A DNA stretch of 64,000 nt from Malacoraja senta (lineage: Eukaryota), in assembly GCA_038087875.1 (NCBI GenBank), contig CM075988.1, positions 25,422,001 to 25,486,000 of the forward strand, read 5' to 3'. A program made the translations under genes and the position numbers. A model generated the notes under the pieces. It saw only the letters and a program-made list of their open reading frames with translations, ran no database searches and was not told the DNA's origin. Below, in pieces: positions 13,053-27,833 of the stretch; position 1 is the first letter of the stretch; each line of letters opens with the position of its first letter.

Positions 13053-13354
13053 TTGTGTGCAAAAACAAATAATTTCACAGTCCCTAGCTGGGTACCAGTG
13101 ACAATAAAGCATCATCATCAAATTTATAGACGTTCGATTTTTGACGTTAAACACACAGTATTGATGTTTGTTCCAAAATAGCTCAGAATGAATCTCAAGT
13201 TGCCAATCTTCCCCAGGTGGACGTGCACACAAGTTTATTGATGCAGTTTTCCGAACGGCTGGTCAAGCGAGTGAAGAGACTCATGGTGACCCAGCAAACA
13301 GCAACCTGACATCTCACACACAGAGACAATATCCAGCCCCATCAATGCCCCTCC

Positions 13355-13622
13355 ACGATACCATAGAACGTTATTCATCCCAGGAGGGAAATTGATCCGC
13401 CAACAATCATAACACACAGGATACGTGAAACACAAAATTCAAGTGACGAGTGGAAAGGATTGGGGATGGGCAAGGATTGGGGAGGGGGGAGTCATTCTAC
13501 CCCACGACAGAAGGGGGGAGGAGTTGTACAGTTTGATAGCCACAGGGAAGAAGGATCTCCTGTGGCTTCCTGTGCTGCATCTTGGTGGCACCAGTCTGTT
13601 GCTGAAGGTGCTCCTCAGGAGC
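13355..13622 (-). mobile_element. Rex1-type LINE 3' fragment
   Basis: STFSNRLVPPRC...RRSFFPVAIKLYNS. Confidence 0.75.
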
Positions 13623-15050
13623 TGACTGCCCATTGAAACCCGTCCACGTGGGCTGGGAAGAAGGAAGTTGCGAGATTCAAAAGGAAGTTTAACACTGTTT
13701 ATAACGGAATGGCCGACCTCATGTGGTGAAATGCCGCCGAAGTTACATGGAAATTACGCAACTAATTGCTCAACTGGCAGCAAGTGTAAAGGCCAGTCGC
13801 CTGCAAGCCCATTCCATCTGCAGAGTAAACACAAATGCTTAGAGAACGGCTGCACTTATAACATCTGAGCATCTTGTGTCACCTAATTTATATGGTTTGG
13901 CCTGCTGCATATGTTCACCTTCAGCTCTTTGTGTTTTGCTCGAGTGCCAGCATCTGTAGTTCCTTGTACTCCTCTACATGAAGAGCAGGCCTGGATAGAA
14001 TGGATGTGGGGAGGATGTCTCAACTAGTGGGCGAGTCTAGGACCAGAGGGCACAGCCTCAGAATAAAAGGATGTACCTTTAGAAAGGAGACCAGGAGGAA
14101 TTTATTTTGTCAGATGGTGGCGAATATGTGGAATACATTGTCACAGGCGGCTGTGGAGGCCAAGTCATTGGGTATTTTTCCCATCGTTCTTCCCTCTGTG
14201 GCACAGTAGTGCAGCGGCTGAGTTGCTGCCTTACAGCGCCAGAGACCTGGGTTCGATCCTGACCACGGCTGCTGTCTGTTTGTACGTTCTCCCTGTGACT
14301 GCCTGGGTTTCCTCCCACATTCCAAAGACGTGCAGTTTTGTAGGTTAATTGGGCTTCTATAAATTGTCCCTCATGTGTAGGATAGAACTAGTGCACGAAC
14401 TAAACCAAACTCTTACCGAGGATAGACACAAAGTGCTGGGCAAACTCTGAAGAAGACTTCGAGTCTGAAGAAGGGTAACAGCCCGAAACATCACCCATTC
14501 CTTCTCTTCAGAGATGCTGCCTGTCCCGCTGAGTTACCCTAGCATTTTGTGTCTATCTTGGGTTTAAACCATCATCAGCAGTTCCATTTCTACACATTTA
14601 GTTTGTCACGTGCACCGAGGTACAGTAAAAAGCCTTTTGTTGCTTTGCAGAAAGACAAGACATGATTTCCAGATGGCACAACTACTTTCCTGTAAAAAGC
14701 AATGCAGTGTAAATTTCTTGCGAATAATTTCCATGTAGTTTGTGAAACCTAAAGACAATAAATAGGCCGGCGTGGTTTATTTTTACCTCAGTTCATGAAC
14801 CTCAGATCCCTGCTCTTTCTGCAAACCTTCATCATTACTTTTCTCTTCAAGCATTTAATCAATAGGGCGAATGTTTAAAAGAGTTTAATTGTCAATATTT
14901 GCTTGACTCGGGCATGTCTACACACAAGGACGGGAGAACCAGGAGTGGGGAGACAGCTTGTTAACTCTGCGACAAGTAGGTTGGTTTACATTTGCAATTA
15001 ATAGCAAACTCGTCAGCAGTTCAACCTTGAACAGGGCCCGAGAGGAAGTA

Positions 15051-15692
15051 TATAGATACATAGATACATAGAAAATAGGTGCAGGAGTAGGCCATTCGGC
15101 CCTTCGAGCCTGCACCACCATTCAATATGATCATGGCTGATCATCCAACTCAGTATCCCGTACCTGCTTTCTCTCCATACCCCCTGATCCCTTTAGCCAC
15201 AAGGGCCACATCTAACTCCCTCTTAAATATAGCCAATGAACTGGCCTCAACTGTCCTCTGTGGCAGAGAGTTCCAGAGATTCACCACTCTCTGTGTGAAA
15301 TAGTTTTTTCTCATCTCGGTCTTAAAGGATTTCCCCCTTATCCTTAAGCTGTGACCCCTTGTCCTGGACTTCCCCAACATTGGGAACAATCTTCCTGCAT
15401 CTAGCCTGTCCAACCCCATAAGAATTTTGTAAGTTTCTATAAGATCCCCTCTCAATCTCCTAAATTCTAGCGAGTATAAGCCGAGTCTATCCAGTCTTTC
15501 TTCATATGAAAGTCCTGACATCCCAGGAATCAGTCTGGTGAACCTTCTCTGCACTCCCTCTATGGCTATAATGTCCTTCCTCAGATTTGGAGACCAAAAC
15601 TACACGCAATACTCCAGGTGTGGTCTCACCAAGACCCTGTACAACTGCAGTAGAACCTCCCTGCTCCTATACTCAAATCCTTTTGCTATGAA
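15051..15692 (-). mobile_element. young CR1 3' fragment
   Basis: ORF 15150-15554 is the CR1 ORF2 C-terminus. Confidence 0.93.
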
Positions 15693-16214
15693 ACATGCTG
15701 AGTGCCACACTCAAAACACAGGGACGATGGGGCCAAACTAACATCAGGAAGCTCTCCACCCTCAATATTGGGCAGATAAGAGCCTTGAAAGGACTTCCAG
15801 GTGGGTTAGTTCAGTTACTGCCACGTGTATCGAGGTACAGTGAAAAGCTTTTGTTGTGTGCTAACCAGTCGGCAGAAAGATAATACGATTACAATAGAGC
15901 CATCTACAGTGCACGGATACATGACAAAGGGAATAACGTTTAGTGCGAGATAGAGTCCAGTAAAGTCCAAGGGTCTCCAGCAAGGTAGATAATACCTCAG
16001 GACTGCTCTCTAGTTGTTGGTAGGATGGTTCAGTTGCCTGATAAACACTAGGAAGAAATGGTCCCGGAAACTGGCAGAAATGGTGGAATGATCTAACAAC
16101 GTTCGGGGTGAGCCATGAAAAAGGCTCAAATGACAAACGTGAACATAATAAATAATAACATTCTTCATCCAGTGTCACCTTAGCAATGAGAATATAGTGG
16201 GATTATAATGAGAA

Positions 16215-16365
16215 ATAATCTGGGTTCCCACTCCAGAGATTCAAGCCCGCAGTCGGGGCCAACAATTCTGGTGCACTACTGAGTGAGTGCCGCACTGTCA
16301 GATGTGCCAATTCCAAATAAGAATTTAAACAAAGGCTCACTTGTCCTTTTTGGATGAACTCAAAA
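16215..16365 (+). repeat. ancient DeuSINE/SacSINE1-like relic; similar minus-strand relics at about 30030-30240 and 58700-58960
   Basis: GGGTTCCCACTCCAGAGA...GTGCACTACTGAGTGAGTGCCGCACTGTCAGATGTGCC resembles the Deu-domain SINE consensus as I recall it. Confidence 0.55.
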
Positions 16366-16406
16366 ATATATTTTTATTTGTTTTAAAAAATCATACATTT
16401 TGAATA

Positions 16407-16598
16407 TTTAAGAAAGATCTGCAGATGCTAGAAAAATCCAAGGTAGATAAAAAATGCTGGAGTAACTCAGCGGGTGATGCGCCATCTATGGAGCGAAGGA
16501 ATAGGTGACGTTTTGGGTCGAGACCCTGAAACGTCACCAATTCTTTCGCTCGATAGATGCTGCCTCACCCGCTGAGTTTCTCCAGCATTTTTATCTAC
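16407..16598. mobile_element. PLE-derived fold-back element
   Basis: Inverted arms; TSD CATACATTTT(G/T)AATA (16392-16406 / 16599-16613). Confidence 0.8.
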
Positions 16599-18210
16599 CA
16601 TACATTTTTAATAAATGTTTTAAGAGATGCCTAAATATTTGCACTTTTTTGGGGGGAAAAAGTGATAATATTCAGGCATTTCTTTAAACATATCTGGTCA
16701 GTATATCGCTGCTCTTTGTCCAGCAAGAGGCGGTGTGAAGTTGCCAACATCATGACAGTGACAAATGTCATTCAGTACGAGGCTGTAAAAGACCATCTGA
16801 CGATGGGAAAACTGCAGAGAGCACTTTACAGCAGATGTACTCTCAGCGGGAGATATTAGAACTGGTGAACTAATGTGCGGGCATTCGGGGAAGCTCTTCT
16901 GGAGCATCTCACAGGGGAACAGGGGCTCATTGTTACGAGCTATGCAGGTTCAGACCAAGTATCAAAAAGCTGCAAGATAGCACCAAATGTGCAGCAATCG
17001 GGCTGCGCACAGAACAGGAGAGATCATAGGTCCATAAGTTCTTGGAGCAGGATTAGGCCATTCGGCCCATCAAGTCTACTCCGCCATGCAATCGTGGCTG
17101 AGCTATCTTTCCCTCTCAACCCCATTCTCCTTCCTTCTCCCCGTAACCCCTGGCACCCGTTCCAATCAAGGTCTGTGGAGTGATGCACTCATCTGCAGGG
17201 CCATCGCTGGTCGGCACCAACTAGATGGGCCGAAGATGTTGTTTCCACACTGTATCTCTAAAGTCAGGCAGCATCTGTGGAAGGGGAATGAATCAGCATT
17301 TAACATTGCAGGATGAAGGTCCTTTGTCAGAGCAGAGGGTGGAAAATTAGCTTGGTTTCTCTTTCTGAATCTTGCTGCCTGGCCTGCTGAATGTCTCCAC
17401 CATTTTCCGATTTCATTTCAGAAAAGTGGGTCACATTTTCAGAGGAGGTGTTTGTGGGAGGTCGCGGTGCTGAATTTGGATGCCCCGTTTCCTGTAATAG
17501 AAATAACACTTCAAAAGCACATCACTGATGGCAAGAATCTACAGCGAATGTGTTTGTGTGTGTGGGGGGGGGGGTGACAATAACTGATACCATTGATGTT
17601 CCTGTCAGTTGCCATGTATTTGGCCATATAGGGCTCAATGAACCAGCAAACCCGTTTCCAAGCTGCCAGTTCCATGAGACACCACACTCCAGCATTTAGG
17701 CGAGCACCCTTCACTGTCCTCCTGCTGAGTTTCACTGTCTGTACATCCCGTTCTCACCTAGCTCACAGGCAACAATGGACCATTGTGGGCTCCACCTGTC
17801 TATGATCATCAGTTACTTTTTGCATAACTTTCATTCATTTGTTCTTTAACTCTTATAATCACTGCCCCCATCTCTTGTTTCCCTTTCCTCCCCCCCCCCA
17901 CACTCTGTGATAAGAAGGGTCTCAACCCGAAACATCACCCATTCCTTCTCACCAGATATGCTGCCTGTCCCGCTGAGGGAGTCCAGCACTTGGTGTATAT
18001 TTAGTGATGGTCACTGGTCACTATTGACACGGACCGCTCCCCAGATGCCTGTGGTCAAGAGACGTCAACTGGAATGATCTCTCATGATCACAGAAGACCA
18101 CGAGCCAAATGTGAGTGAAGGAACATCCCCCAGAGTAGGGAGATAAAGGGTGTCGACCAAAACATCACCCATTCCTTCGCTCCAGAGATGCTGCCCATCC
18201 CACTGAGTTA

Positions 18211-18525
18211 AACCCCTGTCCCACAGTACGAGTTCATTCCAAGAAGCTCTCCCGAGTTGCCCTGATTCCAACTCGGAGATTTACGGTAATGGCCACTCGT
18301 CGGTACTCGGGCTCTGGTGGACATTTTTCATCATGTTGAAAAATCTTCACGAGTCTTCCCGAGCTTACCTGCCATTAGCGAGTCTTCCCGAGTACCTGCC
18401 GTTAGCGCTAAGAGACATCCCCGAGCTCCGACGTACCCGCTACGTTCATTCTCCGTGCTTACCACGAGTTTGATTTTTAACTCGGGAGAGCTCTTGGAAT
18501 GAACTCGCACCATGGGACAGGGCTA
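18211..18525. mobile_element. PIF/Harbinger-like MITE inserted in a PLE terminal repeat
   Basis: TIRs CCTGTCCCAC..TACGAGTTCATTCCAAGA / TCTTGGAATGAACTCG..TGGGACAGG; splits CTGAGTTA|CTCCAGC with TTA/TAA flanks. Confidence 0.8.
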
Positions 18526-19917
18526 TAACTCCAGCATTTTGTGTCCGTCTCCAGGGAAATAAACCGCCTGGGTCCCATGTTTCCAATTACAGAATTTCAC
18601 ACAAATTTTAGAAGCTTTCAAATTTAATTGTTAAAGATCTAAAGTGCAAAAGCATTCTAAAGAAATGTTGCAAGTGTACAGACGGTGGTATTTATCCGTC
18701 AGACGTGCAGCGTTCCACCTGTAGTCTGGAGGTTAGCGTGACGTTCAAGTACAGCTGAGCTCGTTCAGACTCTGCGGCTCACTATTCACTTCCAGCAACC
18801 GCTATCTTGTGGTTAGAGAATGGAAAATGTCAATAATCAATGACAAAGCTCAACTCACTAGCTTATTATTTACAGCCAAAGAAACGGATTCACTCGAGCA
18901 TGTCCTTGAACCAAGGCTATGTTTCTTGGCCACGGACACCACACCGAGGCCAGCCTTGTCCCCAGAGCCTGCATACCATGGAGAGGCCGGTGCAAGGAGG
19001 CAGTCTATGGGCGGGTGTGGAGGGGGGCGGGGGGCCCCAAAGACTTGCTTCACTGCAGGTTCTTTGCAAGGTGGGTACCTGGGACGAGTCTGGTGGTCTG
19101 GTGCCAGGGTGGAGAACATGGACAGTGTAGTCCTGCGGAGGCAAGGCCGGAGGGGGGGGGGGGGGGAGAGGTGGCAGAAGCTGGGGGTCCCACAGCTTCA
19201 AGCTTGGAGATTGGCCAGGCAGAGGATGAGAAACGAAGGCGTCTAACACAGGGCTACCAACAGCCCACTTAGACCATTGAATCTGCAGGAAGGAACCACA
19301 GATGCTGGTTCATATCAGAGGTAGACACAAAATGCTGGAAAAACTCAGCGGGACAGGCAGCATCTCTGGGGTAAAGGACCAATCCATGTTCTCAAATTTT
19401 CAATTGTCCAGAGTCTCAGCTTTCTGGGAGTGTGTTCAAGAACTCCCATTTTGTTTTAATAACACTGCTTGCCATTAGTCCTGGACCTCCTGTCCACCCA
19501 CCTTCTCAAATCTTTTAATCATAGTCATAGTGCTGAAACAGGCCCTTCAGCCCAACTTGCCCACACTAATCAACATGTCCCATCTACACTAGTCTACCTG
19601 CTTGCGTTTGACCCATATCCCTCTAAACCCGTCTTATCCATGTACCTGTCTAAATGTTTCTTAATAATTGTGATAGTCCCAGCCTCAACTACCTCCTCCA
19701 GCAGCTCATTCCATACACCCACCACCCTTTGTGTGAAAAAAGTTACCCCTCAGGTTCCCATTAAATCTTTCTCCCTTCACCTTAAACCTTTGTCCTCTGG
19801 TTCTCGATTCCCCAACTTTGGGCATTAGAGACTGATCATCTACCCGATCTATTCCTCTCATGATTTTGTACACCTCTGTAAAATCACTCATCATCCTCCT
19901 GTGCTCCAAGGAATAGT

Positions 19918-20222
19918 TCAAGAAGGAACTGCAGATGCTGGAAAATCAAAGGTAGACAAAATTGCTGGAGAAACTCAGCGGGTGCGGCAGCATCTATGGA
20001 GCGAAGGAAATAGGCAACGTTTCGGGCTGAAACCCTTCTTCCAGCGAAGGAAATAGGCAACGTTTTGGGCTGAAACTCTTCTTCCTGCGAAGGAAATAGG
20101 CAACGTTTCGAGCCGAAACCCTTCTTCCAGGCGAAGAAGGGTTCCGGCCCAAAACGTTGCCTATTTCCTTCGCTCCATAGATGCTGCCGCACCCGCTGAG
20201 TTTCTCCAGCAATTTTGCCTAC
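19918..20222. mobile_element. PLE-derived fold-back element with three internal ~42-bp repeats
   Basis: TSD CTCCAAGGAATAGT (19904-19917 / 20223-20236); inserted in a minus-strand CR1. Confidence 0.85.
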
Positions 20223-20808
20223 CTCCAAGGAATAGTGTCCCAGCTTGCGCAACCTCATCTTTTAGATGAATTAGATTGCTGGTAATCTTCTGAACTCAAG
20301 GGAACAAAAGTCTTCGAAGTGCAAACATGTTCTTGCAATGTCGGGGTTCAGCCCCAGCGTGACTCAGGAGTTGGACAGCGTGAGACATGGGCGGTCCAGT
20401 CACATTACCCCAACTGGATGATGCCAGTCAGATGGAACAGAAACGATGAGAACAGGCCATCCTTCATCAGCAGAAAATATCAATAAGAAAACAGGAAGAA
20501 GAAATAAGAATGAGAACCAGCATGAGAACCAGAATGAGAATATCACTGTGACTTGTCACTAGAGACAATAAACTACCATTCATTCAGCAAGATGCAGCTA
20601 AACACACGGAGAAATAAGGCCGGCCGCCGGTGGGTTAGATTGCTTCCCAACCCCGCACCACCACTTCAAAACATCCCATATTATCAAATATTTGCCCTCA
20701 ACTCTACTTGTCTGCCCTGATCTTAATAAACTTTCACTTCCCCCTCTCTCTCACCCCACTTGAATATATAACGAGTAAGCGTTCGCAGACCCAGATATAG
20801 GATCATAA

Positions 20809-21103
20809 GGGCGGTCACAGTGGCACAGCGGTAGAGTTGCTGCCTTACAGCGAATGCAGCGCCGGAGACCCGGGTTCCATCCCGACTACGGGTGCTGTCT
20901 GTACGGAGTCTGTACGTTCTCCCCGTGACCAGCGTGGGTTTCCTCCCACACTCCAAAGACGTACAGGTTTGTAGGTTAATTGGCTTGGAATAAATGTAAA
21001 AATTGTCCCTGGTGGGTGTAGTATAGTGTTAAAGTGTGGGGATCGCTGGTCAGCACGGACCGGTGGGCCGAAGGGCCTGTTTCCACGCTGTATCTCTAAA
21101 CTA
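20809..21103 (+). mobile_element. tRNA-derived V-SINE (HE1-like), full length
   Basis: A box TGGCACAGCGG, B box GGTTCCATCCC, V-domain-like core GTTCTCCCCGTGACCAGCGTGGGTTTCCTCCCACACTCCAAAGAC, 3' tail GGCCGAAGGGCCTGTTTCC shared with the CR1-like LINE ends here. Confidence 0.85.
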
Positions 21104-24100
21104 ATGCAGGGAAACAGGCCCTTCAACCCGGCACATGCATGCCAGCCAAGATGCACATCTACGCTAGTCCTCTGCACACATATTGACCATATCACAGAAC
21201 CTGCCCATCCATGTACCTGTCGAAGTGTCTCTCCAATGCTGTTATTGTATCTGCCTCAACCACTTCCTTTGGCAGCTCCTTCCGTATACCCACCGCCCTT
21301 CTGAAAGAAAAAAGTTGTCCCTCTGGGTTCAATTCAATCTTACCCCTCTTAACTTAAACCTGTGCTCTCCAGCTCTCAACGTCCCAGTCATGGGGGAAGG
21401 CTGTGCATCCTGTCTTTGTCCCTGATGATTTTAAAATCACCCCACAGTCTCCTATGCTGCCAGGAATAAAGCTCCAGTCCGATGGACCCTCGGACTATCT
21501 TTGATCGGACTTTGCTGGCTTTATCTTTCACTAAATGTTATACCCATATCATGTATCTCAACGCTGCGGAAGGCTTGATTGTAATCATGTGTTGTTTTTC
21601 CACTGACTGGTTAGCACGCGACAAACGTTTTTCACAGTACCTCTGTACACGTGACAATAAACTAAAAATATCCGTCGACTTGGCCCCCCCCACGGCCTGC
21701 CTTCCTTCTGTGGCAATGAATTCCACATTTCTCCAGGCTGCCAGATCTCTTGTCTGGTAATGCAGTGACTCTGATACACATGAAAGACCAGCCATCTCCT
21801 GCGATGCACGAGGTGACCAACATCTAAGGAACATTGAGGAACCACAGCACATCATGACAGTTTGAACTTCCTGCCTCAGAGGTGAACCTTAACCTTTCGC
21901 CATGCCTTTGTGCTCCAGATGGCGACCAGATGCAAGACTCTAATAAACCACAACCTCGCGGATATTTGTTCTTTTATTTTGGAGAAAGCTGCTCCGGGCC
22001 AGAGGGGGATGTTGTGCAGATCGAGACGTCCTGCCTCCAAGACACCCACGCAATACTGGCCAAACACTGGGCCCCAGTGTGCAGTTGCAAACACACACAG
22101 CTTGCATCTCACCCGCTAACGCAAATCAATCAACATTTAGCATTAAAACAAAACCAGAACCAGGGGCCACAGTTTAAGAATAAGGAGTAAGCCATTTAGA
22201 ACGGAGACGAGGAAACACTTTTTCTCACAGAGAGCGGCGAGTCTGTGGAATTCTCTGCCTCAGAGGGAGGTGGAGGCAGGTTCTCTGGATGCTTTCAAGA
22301 GAGAGCTAGATAGGGCTCTTAAAAATAGCGGAGTCAGGGGATATGCGGAGAGGGCAGGAACGGGGTACTGATTGGGATGATCAGCCATGATCACTGTGAA
22401 TGGCGGTGCTGGCTCGAAGGGCCTACTCCTGCACCTATTGTCTATTGTCTATTAAAAAAGCTCGCTAAAGATAGGTGGTGGACGTTAAACAAGTGGTTTA
22501 GAATCAGCTCCAGGCACAGGCACACGGGTCACATGGACCCAGCTGTCAACACAACATATCTACAAAGAGAAAGGGGATGTCAGCGAGGATCTTAACAGCC
22601 AGTTCTGCTTCACCAGTCAATGTTCACCCCCCAGACCAACACACAGGGCACTCAGTACAGTCCTTTCATTTCCACCCTGTCAGTGATAGTGACTATACTT
22701 TAGACTTTAGAGATACAGCGCGGAAACAGGCTCTTCGGCCCACCGAGTCCGCGCTGACCATCCATCATCCCATACACACTAGGGACAATTTACAATTTTA
22801 CCGAAGCCAATTTACCTACAAATCCGCACTTCATCAGAGTGTGGGAGGAAACTGGAGCACCCGGAGGAAACCCACGCAGGTCACATGGTGAACGTACTAA
22901 TTCCGTACAGACAGCACCCATAGTCAGGACTGAACCAGAATCTCTGGCGCTGTATTGCAGCAACTATACCTGCGCACTCTGCCACCTAAATGCTGCTCCC
23001 AATCCTATCCAAAAGGAGCAATGCAGTAAGAAAACCACTGGTGTAACAGCCGAGGTAGACAAAAGATGCTGGGGAAACTCAGCGGGTGAGGCAGTATCTA
23101 TGGAGAGAAGGGATAGGCGACGTTTCGGGTCGAGACCCTTCTTCGGACTTCCAGCACCCTTCGGTCCAAATCATTCACTATTCGGTAAGTTTTAATGAGG
23201 TCCCTCCCCCTCATCCTTCTAAACTCCAGCGAGTACATGCCCAGTGCCGTCAAACACTCATCACATGTTAACCCGATCGTCCCTGGGATCGTTCTTGTAA
23301 ACCTCCTCTGGACCCTCTCCTGAAGTGGCACAACCTTCCCCAGATTATGGTGCCCAAAATCGCTCACAATACTCCAAATATTCCCCAATCAATTGTTCCC
23401 GAAATAATCCTACTCAGTCACCTCTTGTAAGGTTTTATTGATCGTCTTCTTTACATGAAATCATTAGTAGGTGTCACTGGACAAGAATGACCATTGATCC
23501 AAGTCACTCAAGTAACAGCAGACTGCGCAGGTTATTTGGAGGATTCATATATTATCAAGCACATTCCCAATGATTCTAGTATCTGGTTTGGATGAAGGAG
23601 TTGGGCGTAGGGACAGTTTCAGTGTACACAAGTTAAATAGTTACAGTCTTTCATCCATTCAAACATGACTTGTATTGTCCAGTCTATGAGTCACATTTTG
23701 CAAGAAGATGATTAATTATCAGCAGGGCTTAACATTTCTTGGCTTTAACATATATAAAAGTAGCAAATTTTAAAATAGCTCCAATGGGCTACGCATTTGA
23801 TAACTTTGTTTTTTGCCGAGAAAAATGGCAAATGTACACTAAATAATTCAACTTGGTCAACAGAGTAGCAGTCGTGTAAACAGAACACATATGAGTGTGA
23901 AGAAGGGTCCCAAACCAATATGTCCCCATTTCCTCCCCAGAAGCTGCCTGACCCATCGAGTTGCTGCAGAACCTTGCATCTTGCTCAAGAATGAAAGCAG
24001 GGAGAGAAAGAGGAACAAAAAAAAATGCATGTCTCATGAAAGAGAATGAATATGTTGTTGAAGCAAGTATTCAGACCAAGCGCTGGGTCTCTGATTGTAA

Positions 24101-24284
24101 CCGATGGAATCAGCATTGGGGAACTGGACATGTTCTGGGAAATTCCAAAGTAGGCTTCCTCCAACCCCTCTGCGTCTATGAATAATGAAGTCAACACCTC
24201 CCACAGCAAAATTAGTCAGGACCAGCCTTAATCACCGGGGGTCAGTGATGCAAAATAATAATTCTGTTAGTATCTATAATCACA

Positions 24285-24708
24285 AGATAGACACAGAGTG
24301 CTGGAGAAACTCAGCAGGTCAGGCACCATCTCTGGATAGAAGGAGTGGGTGATGTTTTGGGTCAAAACCCTTCTTCTGACCCGAGACCTGCCTCGACCCG
24401 AAACGTCACCCATTCCTTCTCTCCAGAGATGCCGCCTGTCCCGCTGAGTTACTCCAGCATTTTGTGTCTATCTTCGCTTTAAATCTGCAGTTCCTTCCCA
24501 TAACATGAAATTAACCCACTGGTCGACAAAATTGTTGGAGAAACTCAGCGGGGGCGGCAGCATCTATGGAGCGAAGGAAATAGGCAACGTTCCGGGCCGA
24601 AACGTCGCCTATTTCCTTCGCTCCATAGATGCTGCCGCACCCGCTGAGTTTCTCCAGCAATTTTGTCTACCTCCGATTTTCCAGCATCTGCAGTTCCTTC
24701 TTGAACAA
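24285..24708. mobile_element. two adjacent PLE-derived fold-back elements of different subfamilies
   Basis: First at about 24285-24500. Second at 24523-24708 with TSD TAACCCACTGG (24512-24522 / 24709-24719). Confidence 0.8.
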
Positions 24709-25451
24709 TAACCCACTGGGTTTGGCAATCGAATGGATTTGGTAACTAATTCATGGTGACTGAGTCTCGTACCTTCATCGAGTTTTGAACCTTTGAGTTT
24801 GGCTTCTTTTCCAATGGAAACAAAGATTAGAAGTGACAGGCGTTTGGTATTCTGGCTTCCCCGACACATAGCTTGGGGGGGGGGGGGGGGGCGGGGGGGG
24901 GAAGAGGAGGAAAACCAAAGTGATTGATCATGATCTTTGAAACCCGCTCGCCTGCAGCTCTCGGCTGATCTTCCCCCACATCGGATTCAAGGTCCTGGAT
25001 TCAACATTCAGCGGTGAACGCACTCCCACGTCACAGCTGAATCAATGCTCTCCCCGGCAGGGTCACCGTTAATGAGAAGCAGATGCAAGGCAATGCCTTG
25101 GGCACCTGCAGTGGTCCCATGTGTGGGTGAGAATGATCGCGGCACAAACAGGCCACAGGCACAACGCACACATGTCATAGTGAGGAAGCTGCAGAGAACC
25201 ACAGGGTCAATGAGTTGAGCCGAGGGAACACACAGGCAAACTTGCTGTTTTATCATTTAAAATTCACCTTTCATAGAAACATAGAACATAGAAAAATAGA
25301 AAATAGGTGCAGGAGTAGGCCATTCGGCCCTTCGAGCCATCACCGCCGTCCAATATGATCATGGCTGATCATCCAAAATCAGTACCCCGTTCCTGCTTTT
25401 TCTCCATATCCCTTGATTCCGTTAGCCCTAAGAGCTAAATCTAACTCTCTT

Positions 25452-26618
25452 AAGAGATTAGTATGCAAACTTAAAGCACACGGTATTGGGGGTTCAGTAT
25501 TGATGTTGATAGAGAACTGGCTGGCAGACAGGAAGCAAAGAGTAGGAGTAAACGGGTCCTTTTCAGAATGGGAGGCAGTGACTAGTGGGGTACCGCAAGG
25601 CTCAGTGCTGGGACCCCAGCTATTTACAATATATATTAATGATCTGGATGAGGGAATTGAATGCAACATCTCCAAGTTTGCGGATGACACGAAGCTGGGG
25701 GGCAGTGTTAGCTGTGAGGAGGATGCTAGGAGGCTTCAAGGTGACTTGGATAGGTTGGGTGAGTGGGCAAATGCATGGCAGATGCAGTATAATGTGGATA
25801 AATGTGAGGTTATCCACTTTGGTGGCAAAAACAGGAAAGTAGACTATTATCTGAATGGTGGCTGATTAGGAAAAGGGGAGATGCAACGAGATGCAATGGG
25901 TGTCATGGTACACCAGTCATTGAAAGTAGGCATGCAGGTGCAGCAGGCAGTGAAGAAAGCAAATGGTATGTTAGCATTCATAGCAAAAGGATTTGAGTAT
26001 AGGAGCAGGGAGGTTCTATTGCAGTTGTACAGGGTCTTGGTGAGACCACACCTGGAGTATTGCGTACAGTTTTGGTCTCCTAATCTGAGGAAAGACATTC
26101 TTGCCATAGAGGGAGTACAGAGAAGGTTCACCGGACTGATTCCTGGGATGGCTGGACTTTCATATGAAGAAAGACTGGATAGACTCGGCTTGTACACGCT
26201 AGAATTTAGAAGATTGAGGGGGGATCGTATAGAAACTTACAAAATTCTTAAGGGGTTGGACAGGCTAGATGCAGGAAGATTATTCCCGATGTTGGGGAAG
26301 TCCAGAACTAGGGGTCACAGTTTAAGGATAAGAGGGAAGTCTTTTAGGACCGAGATGAGGAAATCATTTTTTACACAGAGAGTGGTGAATCTGTGGAATT
26401 CTCTGCCACAGAAGGTAGTTGAGGCCAGTTCATTGGCTATATTTAAGAGGGAGTTAGATGTGGCCCTTGTGGCTAAAGGAATCAGGGGGTATGGAGAGAA
26501 GGCAGGGATGGGATACTGAGTTGGATGATCAGCCATGATCATATTGAATGGCGGTGCAGGCTCGAAGGGCCGAATGGCCTACTCCTGCACCTATTTTCTA
26601 TGTTTCTATGTTTCTATG
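25452..26618 (+). mobile_element. 5'-truncated young CR1-like LINE (RT C-terminal half) nested in an antisense CR1
   Basis: [31 protein letters not shown] and VVNLWNSLP motifs; one in-frame stop at 25863-25865; (TTTCTATG)n tail. Confidence 0.95.
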
Positions 26619-27833
26619 AAAACATCCAGTGAATTGGCCTCCACTGCCTTCTGTGGCAGAGAATTCCACAGATTCACAACACACTGGGTGAAAATGTTTT
26701 CCCTCATCTCAGTCCTAAATGGTCTGCCTCTTGTTCTTAAACTGTGTGACCCCTGGTTCTGGACTCCCCCAACATCAGGAGTCCAGACCTCAAGACATTC
26801 CAAAGGCTCCAAACACCATAACATTCAGTTTAGGTTCGTTTCGGTTTAGTCGAGAGATACAGCATGGACACAACCCCTTCAGCCCACCAGCGATCATGCG
26901 CTCACATTAGTTCTATGTTATCCCACTTTCTCATCCACTCCCTACACACTAGGGGCAATTTCACAGAGGGCCAATTAACCTACCAACCCGCAGGTCAGGA
27001 TCGAAGCCGGGTCTCTGACGCTGCGAGGCAGCAGCTTCACCCGCTGCGCCACTGAGCCAACTTAATTGAAGGGTACCCCTTGCAATGTGGAAGGAAATAT
27101 CATAGACAATTTACACACGAGAATCTCGCACGAGTAGGAACGCTATAACGACCAGACTATCGCCCCAACCTCTGGCCAACATCTCCTGAGATCTTTCTTC
27201 CCCTTCCCCTCGCTCGAAGTCTGCCCATTACTACATTTCCACTATCCCTTCCAATATTCACTACTCTCACTCCATACAAATGGTCTTCGGTTGACCCATT
27301 CACAACTGCAAGTACCAGGAGCAGAATTAGGCCATTCGGCCCATCAAGTCTACTCCACCATTCAATCACGGCTGATCTATTTCTCCCTCCTAACCCCATT
27401 CTCCTGCCTTCTCCCTATAAGCTCTGACACCCGTACTAATCAAGAATCTCCAATAACTCTACCACACGACTCCAAGGAACCTTCCGGAACCTTCCCATCT
27501 GCATTGGCCAACGTCGTTGCTCCTGCACAATAGACCCTGCACAACTCAACTCTCCTGTCCAATCACAGGTATTCCCTTGTGTACTCCCTTCCTCCCAATA
27601 CGTCATGGTCCCGGGAACTTCAACGTTTTTTATAAATAAAATCTCCAATAAAAATGAGAAATACCGGATGGAAAAAACATGCTGTGGGCCAACGACTCTT
27701 GAAGGGACATCACCTGGATTACTAGCTCTGTTTCAGCTGGACCACCAGCCTCATTTGCACTGGATCAATACATATGTTGCCCAACCTGCTGAGTGCCCCG
27801 TGAAGTTTCTATTTGTAGAACAAAGTCCAGTAC

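Noticed and set aside
20809..20890. tRNA gene
   Set aside because: The A/B boxes belong to a SINE head that continues into the V-domain core; no complete cloverleaf.
25413..26519. Intact reverse transcriptase gene
   Set aside because: 5'-truncated CR1 with an internal stop; the ORF start is borrowed from the antisense host element.
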